DNA of 64,000 nucleotides from Candidatus Babeliales bacterium (GTDB lineage Bacteria > Babelota > Babeliae > Babelales > JACPOV01): the NCBI GenBank assembly GCA_050250855.1, contig JBFWNW010000001.1, positions 344,279 to 408,278 on the forward strand, written 5' to 3'. The position numbers and the translations under genes are program-made. Under the pieces are notes generated by a model. The model was not told where the DNA came from. It was given only the letters and a program-made list of their open reading frames with translations, and did no database searches. Every line of letters begins with the position of its first letter. The stretch's first letter is position 1. Shown here piece by piece: positions 20,660-31,016 of the stretch.

Positions 20660-21215
20660 ATTTACAAAACGTACTGTTATAAAGCGCAATGCTTTCATTT
20701 ACAATATTTTGTGCTTCTTTTTTTGATAAGAATTTTTCTATAATAACTTCTTTGCCTTCTGGCTTTTTGTAATTTTCAAAAAAATGTTTGATCGTTTCTA
20801 GAATTTGTTCATTCAGATCGGTTAACTCTTTTTTTTGTTTCATGGCAGGGTCGTGCGTTGCTACGGCAATAATTTTATCATCCTGCTTGCCGCCATCAAT
20901 CATTTTAACTGCACCAAGAACTGTTGCTTCTACAATGCTTAAAGGAAGAAGCTTTTCAGTGCAAACAATCAAAATATCAAGCGGATCTTCATCGGGGCAG
21001 TAGGTTTGTGGAATGTAACCGTAATGGAATGGATAATGCAGATGAGATGATAAAATACGATCAAGACGCAGAAAGCCGGTAGGCTTGTCAAGCTCATATT
21101 TAGCCTTAGATCCTTGCTGAATTTCTATGATGGATTGTACGGTCTCTGGGGCATTTTCACCAACGCTTAGGGAGTGCCAGGGGTGAAAAAAACGATCAGA
21201 TGGTTTTGTTTGCAT
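20658..21215 (-). CDS. ppa: Inorganic pyrophosphatase (family I)
   Basis: HPWH, IIEI..GSKAKYE, LDR, YGYIPQT, DEDPLD, DDKII; AAGGA RBS before ATG at 21215. Confidence 0.95.
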   Translation of the reverse strand: MQTKPSDRFFHPWHSLSVGENAPETVQSIIEIQQGSKAKYELDKPTGFLRLDRILSSHLHYPFHYGYIPQTYCPDEDPLDILIVCTEKLLPLSIVEATVLGAVKMIDGGKQDDKIIAVATHDPAMKQKKELTDLNEQILETIKHFFENYKKPEGKEVIIEKFLSKKEAQNIVNESIALYNSTFCK

Positions 21216-21377
21216 TGTCTTCCTTAAAACTACTGATAAACTAATCAAAATATGCCTTTAGTATAGCAGGCAATGGCCCTTTTAGAAAGGGTCTAGCCCC
21301 CAATTGTTAAAATTTGTCACTATGGTATAGTTAAACTATTAGTTTAGCATTTACCTTGAGTATACGTAGGGGTTTTT

Positions 21378-22292
21378 ATGAAATTATTAGGGAATTCTCT
21401 TCTTTTAGCATTTTTTGTACATGCCGCATATGCCGATACGGTTGTTCCGTGTATCAAACAAGAAAATATTTCTATTTGTAAAGACCAAATTGTTAGCGAA
21501 CTTAAGCGTACAAAATATACGCAAATAGGGTTGGCAACGGCGGGGCTAGCACTAACTGGCTTTGGCCTGTATCAACTTTTTAAACCGGAAGAGTTTGCGC
21601 TTCATCATCCTAAGGATTGTGAAGCGGTTGCTCGCTTAGTTGATTTTGCTCAAAGAAAAATGCAAGATTTACCGCCTGTGGAAACAGTATCAACAACTCC
21701 TGGTTTTTGGCATCAAGTTATCGATTATACAAAATTTATTTTTCAAAGTGGCCTTGTTATGAGCGTTGCCGGTGTTATTTCTGGTGTAACGCATCCTTTC
21801 TTAACGCCAATTTTCAAACAGCTTGGGCGCGCATCAGATGCATTTGAAGGTATGATCGATAAAGTTGCGCATGAAACTACGCTAGCATGGTATGTAAAAT
21901 CTCATACAACGTTATTTGATCTTTTGGCGGCATTAGAAAAACATGCTCAAGGATATGCAGATCCTGTTGATGCTTCTGATTTTGAGTATCATAAAGATAG
22001 TTTTATTGATAGTTACAACTTGCTTGTCAGCAACATAGAGTCGGTACTTGGTTTTATTGCTTACAAAACGGAATTGCTTGAAAAAAAATCTCCTACCAAT
22101 GCAAGCCGTGCTCAACATATTGCCATACGCATACAAACAAAATGTGATGCACTAACAAAACATATAGAGCAGGCAGCTGAACAATCATTGTGGAGAGAAT
22201 CTGCACAAGAACTCAAGAAAGAGATTATAAACTTTAAATCTCTTGTGCAAGAATCATTTGATAGCTTTGCTCTTATTGAGTTTTGCTGTTAA
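21378..22292 (+). CDS. Signal-peptide hypothetical protein with two hydrophobic segments
   Basis: 304-aa ORF, RBS, signal peptide. Confidence 0.75.
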   Translation: MKLLGNSLLLAFFVHAAYADTVVPCIKQENISICKDQIVSELKRTKYTQIGLATAGLALTGFGLYQLFKPEEFALHHPKDCEAVARLVDFAQRKMQDLPPVETVSTTPGFWHQVIDYTKFIFQSGLVMSVAGVISGVTHPFLTPIFKQLGRASDAFEGMIDKVAHETTLAWYVKSHTTLFDLLAALEKHAQGYADPVDASDFEYHKDSFIDSYNLLVSNIESVLGFIAYKTELLEKKSPTNASRAQHIAIRIQTKCDALTKHIEQAAEQSLWRESAQELKKEIINFKSLVQESFDSFALIEFCC

Positions 22293-22318
22293 GCAATGCA
22301 ATTTGATTTGATTAGTTT

Positions 22319-22456
22319 TAGAGCTTATCCATAAATTCAAAATTCAAAAAAAATTATACTTTGTGTCCGTACCCTTCGACAGGCTCAGGGCGAACGGAAT
22401 AAAAAAAGTTTTCTAAAACCGTTCGTGCTGAGTTTATCGAAGCATTCGAACGATAA
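22319..22456. mobile_element. Partial MITE/REP element, homologous to 44981-45230
   Basis: TAGAGCTTA..ATAAATTCAA..TTTGTGTCCGTACCCTTCGACAGGCTCAGGGCGAACGG..CCGTTCGTGCTGAGTTTATCGAAGCATTCGAA. Confidence 0.8.
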
Positions 22457-24166
22457 TTAGGCAGTAATCCCTACAATATCAACCGCATCAACGAGTGGTG
22501 TAACCGAAATTGGTTTTTCATAACCGTATTTTCGTTCCAATACACGATTGATAGCATGAGCAACAACGTCTACATTCTCTTTTATGGTAAATTCTGCAAA
22601 GCCAGTAAGAAGTTTTGCTTCTTCAGCTGAATAGTTAAAGTTAAACGTATTGCAGTAATCATATGCTATGCAAAAATCAGGGTCAAAGTGTGGACTGTAG
22701 CAATTGTTTTTAATACGTGGGAAATAAATAATAACAGGAACTTCAGGATCTTCAGGATCCTCAAGAACGCTGACAAACTGTTTATCAATTATTTCTAAAT
22801 TTATTGGCGGGAACTTTAATCCTTTTTTGAGCGCATAATCACGAGCCTTGAGTAATTCTGGTGCGCCTTGAATATTAGCAGAAGCATCATATACAATAAT
22901 AATATCTACAGCGCGTGCAGCACGCAATACCGGAGGAAATGGTAAATTAAAATCAAGGCCAGCATCAACAAGGCTAATAGTTATATCTTCTTTTATAGGG
23001 CTATTTGCCATATTGTGAGTAAAGTTAAGGAGCATAGAAGGGAACAATCTGATATCGCCTAAAAATGAGCTTACAATAAGATCAAGTGCTTTCTTAAACG
23101 CTTTTGCCAAAAAATCAGGAAGTTGATGCCCAAGGTATGAAAGATTATTGGCACTTAGACTAACCACGTCTTTTAAGCTTACTTCAAATGCAGAACCGAA
23201 TACGCCCATAAAATAACCAAGCGTTTGCTCCGGTGCTTTATCAATAGAAACACCATCTCTGAATTTTCTTCCATAAGCCCATGTCGGGATATAAGATTTT
23301 AAGAAAGAGCTGCCAACTTCAAAAGGTGAAAACTCCATCCATTCATAAGGATTTTGATAGCTTTGTATGGCAGTATAAAGAGGCATAGGGAAAGAGCCAT
23401 CTTTTATATGAGCATGAGAATCGGTCAGCCTGATCAACATAGGGTTTTTTACAAACTGTTTTAAAATAGTATTGGCAATAACACCGCCATAAATATCCAT
23501 GGTGGAAACAAACTGCCGCGCAATCAGTTTGGTAATGATGATTTGAAAGAGTTCACTGAGTTCATAAGGGTCGTTAATGTGATCGATGCCATCATACAGT
23601 TTATGTTGTAATTCAAAAATATATTCTTTTAGTGACTTGCGTGAGGCAATCCAAGGAGCAAGAGCCCATGAAGAACCAGAAAGTCCTACGCAATAAAGGG
23701 AGCAATCAAGAAGACCAATTTGTTTTGCACCATGTAAAAAGCCGAGGGTGGTAAGCATGGCTCTAAAACCACCACCACTGAATATACATGCTATACGAGG
23801 AACTTTGCCATCTTCAAGAGGTTTTTCTAGATACTGCTCTAAGCTCTTTTTTATAACAAGCATACGATTTTCTATAAACTTTTTTTCATCTTGGCAAATA
23901 TCATCGCATTCTGTATAACGAACAGCGGCTTGGTCGTTATAATGAGGGTGATGAGCAATTAAAGAATATAGCTTTTCAGGAACGTGCGATATCTCCATGC
24001 CGATATCATGCAATGTCTCTCTCATTTTATCGTAAAAATCAACTAAAAATTGCGGCCAACGTCGATTGTGATAGTTTTCCCATTCTTTTGGAATATCCTG
24101 CATGGGCGCAGCAACTAGAGAATGTATACCAAGAGAAATGATTAACAGTACTGTATATTTTTTCAT
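22457..24166 (-). CDS. cPLA2/lysophospholipase (PLA2_B)-type phospholipase with signal peptide
   Basis: SGGGFRAM oxyanion motif, GLSGSSW nucleophile, PMPLYTA, WMEFSPFEVG, LVDAGLDFNLPFPP. Confidence 0.9.
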   Translation of the reverse strand: MKKYTVLLIISLGIHSLVAAPMQDIPKEWENYHNRRWPQFLVDFYDKMRETLHDIGMEISHVPEKLYSLIAHHPHYNDQAAVRYTECDDICQDEKKFIENRMLVIKKSLEQYLEKPLEDGKVPRIACIFSGGGFRAMLTTLGFLHGAKQIGLLDCSLYCVGLSGSSWALAPWIASRKSLKEYIFELQHKLYDGIDHINDPYELSELFQIIITKLIARQFVSTMDIYGGVIANTILKQFVKNPMLIRLTDSHAHIKDGSFPMPLYTAIQSYQNPYEWMEFSPFEVGSSFLKSYIPTWAYGRKFRDGVSIDKAPEQTLGYFMGVFGSAFEVSLKDVVSLSANNLSYLGHQLPDFLAKAFKKALDLIVSSFLGDIRLFPSMLLNFTHNMANSPIKEDITISLVDAGLDFNLPFPPVLRAARAVDIIIVYDASANIQGAPELLKARDYALKKGLKFPPINLEIIDKQFVSVLEDPEDPEVPVIIYFPRIKNNCYSPHFDPDFCIAYDYCNTFNFNYSAEEAKLLTGFAEFTIKENVDVVAHAINRVLERKYGYEKPISVTPLVDAVDIVGITA

Positions 24167-24313
24167 ACTCAGCTCCTTTTTTTCTGGCCATACTTTAATA
24201 CGCCAACTTCATGCGGAGCAATAGTTTTGTGCAATTTTTTAAAGTTGTTTTTTTGTCATATCTGATTATACTTTGAAAAAAGCCTTTTTATTTATTCAAA
24301 CTATATTATTTAT

Positions 24314-26899
24314 ATGACGCAAAAAAATTCTCCCACAACCCCCTTAATGCAGCAATATTTTGCTATAAAACAGGAATATCCTGATACCTTGTTACTATTT
24401 CAGGTGGGGGATTTTTATGAACTTTTTTTTGATGATGCCAAGAAAGCCGCAGCATTTTTGGGAATAACCTTAACAACACGTGGCAAAAATCATGGCGAGG
24501 ATATTCCCTTATGTGGCGTGCCTATCCATGCACGTGATCATTATATTGCAAAGTTAGTCCGTGGCGGCTTTCGCGTTGCATTGTGCGATCAATTAGAACA
24601 GCCGCGTCCTGGGCAAGTTGTCAAACGTGGCGTGACCAATGTGCTGACGCCAGGAACGTTGACTGATGGCAAATTACTTGATGAAAAATCTGCATCCTAC
24701 TTATTTTCCTTTTTTCCTACTCAAGACTCTTTAGGCCTTTTATTTGGTGAACTGTTAACCGCACAACTTTTTGCAACCGTTATTCCTTATGATGCCGTGC
24801 GCCTTTTAGAGGGTGAATTATCACGCTTTTTTCCTGATGAAATTTTAATTCCTGAAGGCAAAGAGGGTAAAAAATTTGGTCAGCTTTTTAGTAATCTTGG
24901 TTATTGTTTAACCTATAATCAGTTTGATGAGCACAATACTGAGCCATTTGAATGGCTCAACCATTTTCGCGAATCTACTGTGCAATCAGTGCAGCAGCAT
25001 AATGCATTGCAATTGGCATTGTACAATATGTACTGGTACTTAAAGAAAAATCAGGAGCGGGCGCTTGCACAATTTTCTACCATTCATTTTTATGACCCAG
25101 AAGATTTTTTAGTGCTTGATCCTGCAACGCAGCGCAATTTAGAACTGGTGCAGAATGCGCAAGATGGCAAGCGTTCTAATACTTTATTTTCTTTGCTTGA
25201 TAAAGCAGTAACGCCAATGGGTTCACGTTCTATAAAAAAATGGCTTGTCAGGCCCTTATTAAAAGAAGATTTAATTGCTCAGCGGCATGATATTGTTGCA
25301 TATTTTATGAGCAAGCCAGTTTTGCTGCAGCGCATCCAAGGAATTTTGCGGTATATTGGTGACCTCGAGCGTATTATTGGCAGAATCGCCTTGGCGCGTG
25401 CGTCGGTGTATGATTACGTTTTACTGGGCAAAGCGTTACGTAGTTTGCCAGAACTCAAAGAGCTGCTGCAGAATGCATCCCATTTTCCTCTGATCAATCT
25501 TGTATGCGGGTATGCTGATAATTTTCATGCACTATGTTCATTGCTCGAAGCTTCATTACATGATGCGCCAGAAGATGGCATTATTAAAAAAGGTTTTGAT
25601 CAGGAGCTTGATCGTTTGCGCAATTTAGCAGAGCATAGTAATCAAGCAATTCTTGAGCTTGAACAACAAGAACAAGCGCGTACCGGTATTGCTTCATTAA
25701 AAATTCGTTTTAATAATCTGCAGGGATATTATATAGAAGTTACCAAACCAAATATGCATTTGGTTCCCGATGATTTTATCCGCTCGCAAAGTTTAGTCGG
25801 TAAAGAACGTTTTACCACCGTGGCGCTTCGCAAACTAGAAGTTGATATCATGACTGCGCGTGCTAACGTTGAACGTGTAGAGCAGGTTGTTTTTGAGCGT
25901 ATAAAAAGTGACGTTGCTCAGCATGTTGGCTCTTTGCGCAAATGGTGCCAACTTATTGCACATCTTGATGCACTGGCCGGTTTTGCTGCAGTTGCCGCAG
26001 AATATCGTTATGTTCGTCCTACCTTTAATGATCAACATATTTTGCATATTAAAGAAGGGCGTCATCCTGTTATTGATGCCAAATTGCAGCATCGTTTTAT
26101 ACCGAATGATACGCAGCTTGACGATACGCAAAAACTTTTAATTATTACCGGCCCGAATATGGGTGGTAAATCAACATTTTTACGCCAAACAGCGCTTATC
26201 AGTATTATGGCACATTGCGGTTCTTTTGTTCCTGCCAAGCAAGCAAACATTCCTTTGCTTGATAGAATTTTTACGCGTATTGGCGCAGGAGATAATGTTG
26301 CTGACGGTAAAAGTACTTTTTTGGTGGAAATGGAGGAAACGACTGCAATTTGTACCTATGCTACCAAAAATAGTTTAATTATTCTTGATGAGGTTGGTCG
26401 CGGCACCAGCACGTTTGATGGCCTTGCTCTAGCGCAAGCAGTGATTGAATATATTTATACAACGGTGCAAGCATCGTGTCTTTTTGCAACGCATTATCAT
26501 GAACTAACACAGTTATCGCAAACATTTCCTGGTATTGTTGCCTATCATGCGGCAAGTAAAAAAACTGAACAGGGTATTTTATTGCTCTATAAAATTTTAC
26601 TTGGCGCAGCGGATGGTAGTTTTGGTCTAGAGGTTGCTAAATTGGCCCAAATTCCACCATCAATTATTGCCCGTGCTGATACGCTTTTAAAAACGCTTAC
26701 GCATGAAAAAAGTTATCCTGTTATTGTTGATCAACAACATCTGGTACTTGAAAATCAAAAATTAAAAGAAACGATACACGATTTACGTGTTAAACTTAAA
26801 GAAAAAGATGAGCTTTGGTCTCGCTTGAACTCAATAAACCTTAATGATTTATCCCCAAAAAAGGCATTTGATATGTTGTGGGAGCTTAAAGGGGATTGA
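24314..26899 (+). CDS. mutS: DNA mismatch repair protein MutS
   Basis: TPLMQQY, GDFYELF, TPGT, GPNMGGKSTF, STFLVEM, DEVGRGTS, FATHYHEL. Confidence 0.97.
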   Translation: MTQKNSPTTPLMQQYFAIKQEYPDTLLLFQVGDFYELFFDDAKKAAAFLGITLTTRGKNHGEDIPLCGVPIHARDHYIAKLVRGGFRVALCDQLEQPRPGQVVKRGVTNVLTPGTLTDGKLLDEKSASYLFSFFPTQDSLGLLFGELLTAQLFATVIPYDAVRLLEGELSRFFPDEILIPEGKEGKKFGQLFSNLGYCLTYNQFDEHNTEPFEWLNHFRESTVQSVQQHNALQLALYNMYWYLKKNQERALAQFSTIHFYDPEDFLVLDPATQRNLELVQNAQDGKRSNTLFSLLDKAVTPMGSRSIKKWLVRPLLKEDLIAQRHDIVAYFMSKPVLLQRIQGILRYIGDLERIIGRIALARASVYDYVLLGKALRSLPELKELLQNASHFPLINLVCGYADNFHALCSLLEASLHDAPEDGIIKKGFDQELDRLRNLAEHSNQAILELEQQEQARTGIASLKIRFNNLQGYYIEVTKPNMHLVPDDFIRSQSLVGKERFTTVALRKLEVDIMTARANVERVEQVVFERIKSDVAQHVGSLRKWCQLIAHLDALAGFAAVAAEYRYVRPTFNDQHILHIKEGRHPVIDAKLQHRFIPNDTQLDDTQKLLIITGPNMGGKSTFLRQTALISIMAHCGSFVPAKQANIPLLDRIFTRIGAGDNVADGKSTFLVEMEETTAICTYATKNSLIILDEVGRGTSTFDGLALAQAVIEYIYTTVQASCLFATHYHELTQLSQTFPGIVAYHAASKKTEQGILLLYKILLGAADGSFGLEVAKLAQIPPSIIARADTLLKTLTHEKSYPVIVDQQHLVLENQKLKETIHDLRVKLKEKDELWSRLNSINLNDLSPKKAFDMLWELKGD

Positions 26900-26947
26900 G
26901 AACTTTTTTGTTTAAAGCTCAGCTTATTGTTGCATAACGCTTCTCCC

Positions 26948-27523
26948 TTATAGGCAGATAAAATAGTGAGGAGATTGCCTTTCTGGTAAAGTGAATGCAA
27001 CCTTTTTGCCTTGCTGGCCAAAACTTTTAATTAATGCTTCTAAGCGTGTAAAGAAACTTTGTGTAAGTGGCTTCCATTGAGCTTTAAACCAGGTAACTTC
27101 ACCACGTTTAAAGCCGGTCTGGTTTATAGTTATTGCTTGCTCGAGTATAGTACTTACTACATCAACTAACGCGGCGGGAATTTTTTTCTGTAATGCAGCT
27201 TTATAGCGTGGATCAAGAGCACCACGTGCAACGGCGGTTCCTTTTTGAATATCTTGTACTGCTTTTACGAGTGTATCAACTTCTTGGGTTGTTAACAGTG
27301 CGGTAGGATACTGAAAGTTTCTTTGTGATAAATTTTTTATCCATGCCTCAGTTTCTTTAGTTCCTAAATAATTAAGCAAAGCATTCGTAATGGTACCCAA
27401 AGCAAGTGCTTCAGCCTGGAGTTCTTGACCATGCGTTTGCTGTACTTGGTCACGCGTTAATGCTTGAATATGCATAGAGGTACTTACAACTCCTAAAGAC
27501 ATAATTAATAATATTTTTTTCAT
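26948..27523 (-). CDS. Secreted hypothetical protein
   Basis: MKKILLIMSLGVVSTSMHIQA signal; AAGGGA RBS. Confidence 0.7.
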   Translation of the reverse strand: MKKILLIMSLGVVSTSMHIQALTRDQVQQTHGQELQAEALALGTITNALLNYLGTKETEAWIKNLSQRNFQYPTALLTTQEVDTLVKAVQDIQKGTAVARGALDPRYKAALQKKIPAALVDVVSTILEQAITINQTGFKRGEVTWFKAQWKPLTQSFFTRLEALIKSFGQQGKKVAFTLPERQSPHYFICL

Positions 27524-27645
27524 AGAAAAATCCCTTTTTTATGGCACTATTCTTATTATTATTTATAATAGCAATAAAGCATTAAAAAAGGCAATAGTTT
27601 TTATGCTTCGCTAAGGATCGCTTTTTGCGCCAGATTGGAAGAGTA

Positions 27646-28923
27646 TTAGATTAAAAATTCATATGCCCGGTGCATGCGCACAAGGGTTTTATAATTTTGT
27701 TTGGTGCTCATAGATGAACTAAGTAGGGCAAGGTCATGTTCAAATGCAGAGCGTTGATCCAATGGCACAGCGTTGCTGCATGTTTGAGCCTTGGCAAGCC
27801 AATAAGAGCAAAGCCCTTGTTGTGTTTTATTCATAGGACTGTGCCTTGATTGGATATATAAACCTTCAAGTTCAAGAAGAGCTTCTTTAAGGTTATTCTT
27901 TTTTGCAGGAACAAGTATGTGGTAAAGTTTTGCAAGCCCCTTGTAAGTACCATAAGATGCTAATGCTGCCAACCCAAGGCGCGCGTAGTAGTGAGCTTTT
28001 TCAATAAAAAGCTCTTTAAGTATAAGTTCCCGCTGCACTACAATAGGTAAAGCTTTGGGTGTTTTGATAGTAGTGTGAGAGAGTGCATTTTGTGCTTCAT
28101 AGATACTGTGATCTACAATTATTTTTGGAGTAATTAAGGTACTATGTGCATTGTTAGCTTGTTCAAGCTCTTCTTGAGACATAAAATCAGTATACGTTTT
28201 ATTGTTGTCAAAAAATTCTTTAATCTGTTCTTTATATACTTCTTTGTATACATCGCTTTGTTTATAGGAAGGGGTAGAAAAAAAATCAAAGAGAGTGTTT
28301 TTAATGGTTTGTGCCCAAGAGTTGATAGATTGCTGATTTTGAGCATAATAAACTAATCCTGCTACGGTACCAATGCCTGCAGCGGTATAAGCAAGCCAGT
28401 TACGTTGCAGATGGCCAGGTTTTTGAGCTTTTTCTACGCGCGCAAGGGCATTTTTTTTAAATACTTGTAAAAAAGAATTGCTTTCCTTAAAGAAGTGGTG
28501 AATATCTTGCATGCAAGGAGCTTCTACGTTATTTTTTTCAAGATTTTCAAAAGTGCTCAAGGTGTATAAATAACGGTAAAAGCCTGCATAATCAGGAGTA
28601 TTTTCAAGCTCTTTGAGCATGCATAAAGAGGCCGCATGGCGATTAATTTCATGCTCTAATAGCTCAATGGCATCCGTGGATTTTGGTTGGCCAAAAAACC
28701 AAGCGTAGGGGCCCCTTTCTATAAAATGTCCAAGGGGGCGGTAGTGAGTCTCTTGCCAGTAGGCCTTGTTTTCATGAAGAGTATCCATAAGGGACATCAG
28801 GGTCTCTCTAGTTTGGTTTACCGTTTGCTTGTATAAAACAGGGAGCTCTTCAGGTTGAGAAGCTGTTAAAAACAGGCTGCCAAGCAGAAAAATGGTGCTC
28901 AGTGGGGCGTAGATATTTTTCAT
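27646..28923 (-). CDS. Signal-peptide protein resembling the NCA2/DGS1 family
   Basis: YWQ..HFIERGPYAW, KPGHLQRNW plus TM, second TM, C-terminal GL..Y.L..F..DL..L..RM.R.Y.FL pattern; family match from memory, unverified. Confidence 0.6.
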   Translation of the reverse strand: MKNIYAPLSTIFLLGSLFLTASQPEELPVLYKQTVNQTRETLMSLMDTLHENKAYWQETHYRPLGHFIERGPYAWFFGQPKSTDAIELLEHEINRHAASLCMLKELENTPDYAGFYRYLYTLSTFENLEKNNVEAPCMQDIHHFFKESNSFLQVFKKNALARVEKAQKPGHLQRNWLAYTAAGIGTVAGLVYYAQNQQSINSWAQTIKNTLFDFFSTPSYKQSDVYKEVYKEQIKEFFDNNKTYTDFMSQEELEQANNAHSTLITPKIIVDHSIYEAQNALSHTTIKTPKALPIVVQRELILKELFIEKAHYYARLGLAALASYGTYKGLAKLYHILVPAKKNNLKEALLELEGLYIQSRHSPMNKTQQGLCSYWLAKAQTCSNAVPLDQRSAFEHDLALLSSSMSTKQNYKTLVRMHRAYEFLI

Positions 28924-29085
28924 GGAGCTTGTTCTTTCCTTAAAAATAGATATAAATGCTTAATAGACCCTAGTTTAGCAGAAAAAGTGGTGGGAGAAAA
29001 AAGGCTATTCCTAGACAGAAATAGTTTATTCTTCTATACTGGTGAGGTATTAAAATATTTTTTGCATTCATAAAGGTGTAAAGCA

Positions 29086-29481
29086 ATGGAAAAGCAGGTT
29101 AAAAAACAGTCAGCAAAAACAGCAAGCAAAGAGGCTTTTGAAGAAACTCAAGAAGCTCAAGCTCTGCCCGTATTTGAGGCCTATGCAATTATTCAAACTG
29201 GTGGCAAGCAATATCAAGCGATACCTGGTAAAACAGTAGGTATAGAAAAGCTTGAAGGTGAAGCTGGTCAAAAAGTTGAATTTACTGAAGTACTTATGCG
29301 TAAAAGCGGCGATACTATTGAAATAGGTCAGCCCTTTTTAAATAAAGCGGTAAAAGCGTCTATCGTCAAACAGACGCAAGGCCCTAAGGTTATTGCCTTC
29401 AAATTTAAACGTCGTAAAAAATCACGCGTTAAAAAAGGGCATCGTCAGCCAATTACTGTAGTACGTATTGAAGAGATCTAA
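29086..29481 (+). CDS. rplU: 50S ribosomal protein L21 with N-terminal extension
   Basis: YAIIQTGGKQY, KFKRRK, GHRQP.T. Confidence 0.96.
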   Translation: MEKQVKKQSAKTASKEAFEETQEAQALPVFEAYAIIQTGGKQYQAIPGKTVGIEKLEGEAGQKVEFTEVLMRKSGDTIEIGQPFLNKAVKASIVKQTQGPKVIAFKFKRRKKSRVKKGHRQPITVVRIEEI

Positions 29482-29498
29482 AAAATCTTAGTTGTGCT

Positions 29499-29810
29499 AT
29501 GAAACTATTAAAATTATGGGTTTTTTTTCTAGCTCTCGGCCAGGTGAGTTCTTTATGTGCTCATTATGAAGTTGAAATAGATCGAAAACCCATAATTCCT
29601 TTTCTTCTTTATAAAGTTATCAAAAACAAATCTGGCAGCATGGTAACAGAACTTGAAGTTAACCCTCTGGCAAAAGCAGCATTTGTTTTAGTAGGATCGG
29701 CAGTGGTAACAATCTACTATGGTGTTCTTTATAAGCTAGGAAGTTATTTGGGTAGAAATCTGAAAAGCTCCACGCCACAATCTCCCGCTCCTCCATCTTC
29801 TGAATTTTAA
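29499..29810 (+). CDS. Small signal-peptide membrane hypothetical protein
   Basis: Signal peptide and one TM helix; fills the gap between rplU and a convergent gene. Confidence 0.6.
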   Translation: MKLLKLWVFFLALGQVSSLCAHYEVEIDRKPIIPFLLYKVIKNKSGSMVTELEVNPLAKAAFVLVGSAVVTIYYGVLYKLGSYLGRNLKSSTPQSPAPPSSEF

Positions 29811-30361
29811 ATCCTTATAACGCGATGGTCATTGCTGTGCGGCATATGCTGCGCATAAAGTATTGTTTTTCCCGGCACAGCAAAAAAGACTTTTTCAACC
29901 AGAAGGCTGGAAGTTTCATCAAGGCCAGAGAATGGCTCATCTAAAATAAATAATGAAGGCTCACGCACTAATGCAAAAGCAAGTCCAAGGCGCTGGCGCA
30001 TACCTTTAGAAAAACTGCCAATTTTTTTATTTTTGCAATCAGCAAGATTCATCAGTTCAAGATAATGCATAATCAGTTCGTAAGTATTGGCTGCGTACCA
30101 TAAAAAATCGTATGCCGTTAAAAAGGAAGGAAGCATGCAATGCTCAGGAACATAACACCAAGTTGGCGGTTTTTGGATGACTCCTTGATAGGAAGGAATA
30201 AGACCAGCGATTGTTTTGAGGAGCGTTGATTTTCCTATGCCGTTACTCCCAATAAGCGCAATGGTTTCATGTTCTAAAATAGTGCATGAAAAATTATGAA
30301 TAATAGGCTGATGGGAATACGATACGTGCAGATTTTGTATATTTAAAACTGCAGTGCTCAT
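29807..30361 (-). CDS. Short ABC transporter ATP-binding protein
   Basis: GSNGIGKST, FSKGMRQR, ILDEPFSGLD. Confidence 0.85.
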   Translation of the reverse strand: MSTAVLNIQNLHVSYSHQPIIHNFSCTILEHETIALIGSNGIGKSTLLKTIAGLIPSYQGVIQKPPTWCYVPEHCMLPSFLTAYDFLWYAANTYELIMHYLELMNLADCKNKKIGSFSKGMRQRLGLAFALVREPSLFILDEPFSGLDETSSLLVEKVFFAVPGKTILYAQHMPHSNDHRVIRI

Positions 30362-30999
30362 AGTTCAGCAATAGTTTCCAATCCTTTATTCTCACCAGCA
30401 AGAATAAGTCTAGTATGCTCTTCAATAACATACGTTTTATCAATAGTTTTGATCTCTTCATCATCGCGTAGGCCGATGCAATAAACTTTATATTTTGCAA
30501 AAAGATTTAAATCACCAATCTTTTTACCAATAAAGCTTGCAGGAACGGTAATTTCGCTGATGGAATATTTTTTAGTTAACGGTGAAAGTACAGAAAATGG
30601 TAAACTTAAATTATCGGCAAGTTTAATAGCAATCTCTTTTTCAGGCAAAATAACACGATCTGCACCGATAAGCATTAAAATTTCTTTATGAATATCATTA
30701 ACAGCGCGCGTAATAACCAGCGGAATATTGAGCTTCTTTTTAAGAAGGGCGGTAATCAGAATTGATTGTGCAAAATTTTCTCCCATTGCTACAATAACGG
30801 TGTCCATTTCATCAACACCCACTGAGCGCAGTGATACTTCATCAGTAACTTTAAGGCATACTGCTTGTGTGATATCATCTCTTATTGATGCAACAATAGA
30901 TTCATTTGCTTCTATACCTAAAACTTCCATACCGTTTTCAGCAAGGGTTGTTGCTACATGGTAACCAAAGCGCCCGAGTCCAATAACACAAAACTTCAT
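30358..30999 (-). CDS. trkA: TrkA/KtrA potassium-uptake regulatory (RCK) subunit
   Basis: VIGLGRFG, GADRVILPE, TrkA-C domain. Confidence 0.9.
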   Translation of the reverse strand: MKFCVIGLGRFGYHVATTLAENGMEVLGIEANESIVASIRDDITQAVCLKVTDEVSLRSVGVDEMDTVIVAMGENFAQSILITALLKKKLNIPLVITRAVNDIHKEILMLIGADRVILPEKEIAIKLADNLSLPFSVLSPLTKKYSISEITVPASFIGKKIGDLNLFAKYKVYCIGLRDDEEIKTIDKTYVIEEHTRLILAGENKGLETIAEL

Positions 31000-31016
31000 T
31001 GATATTCCTTCATTTT

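Noticed and set aside
26755..27021. Possible frameshifted continuation of 26948..27523
   Set aside because: It overlaps the mutS 3' end antisense, and no homology evidence is available to support a frameshift.
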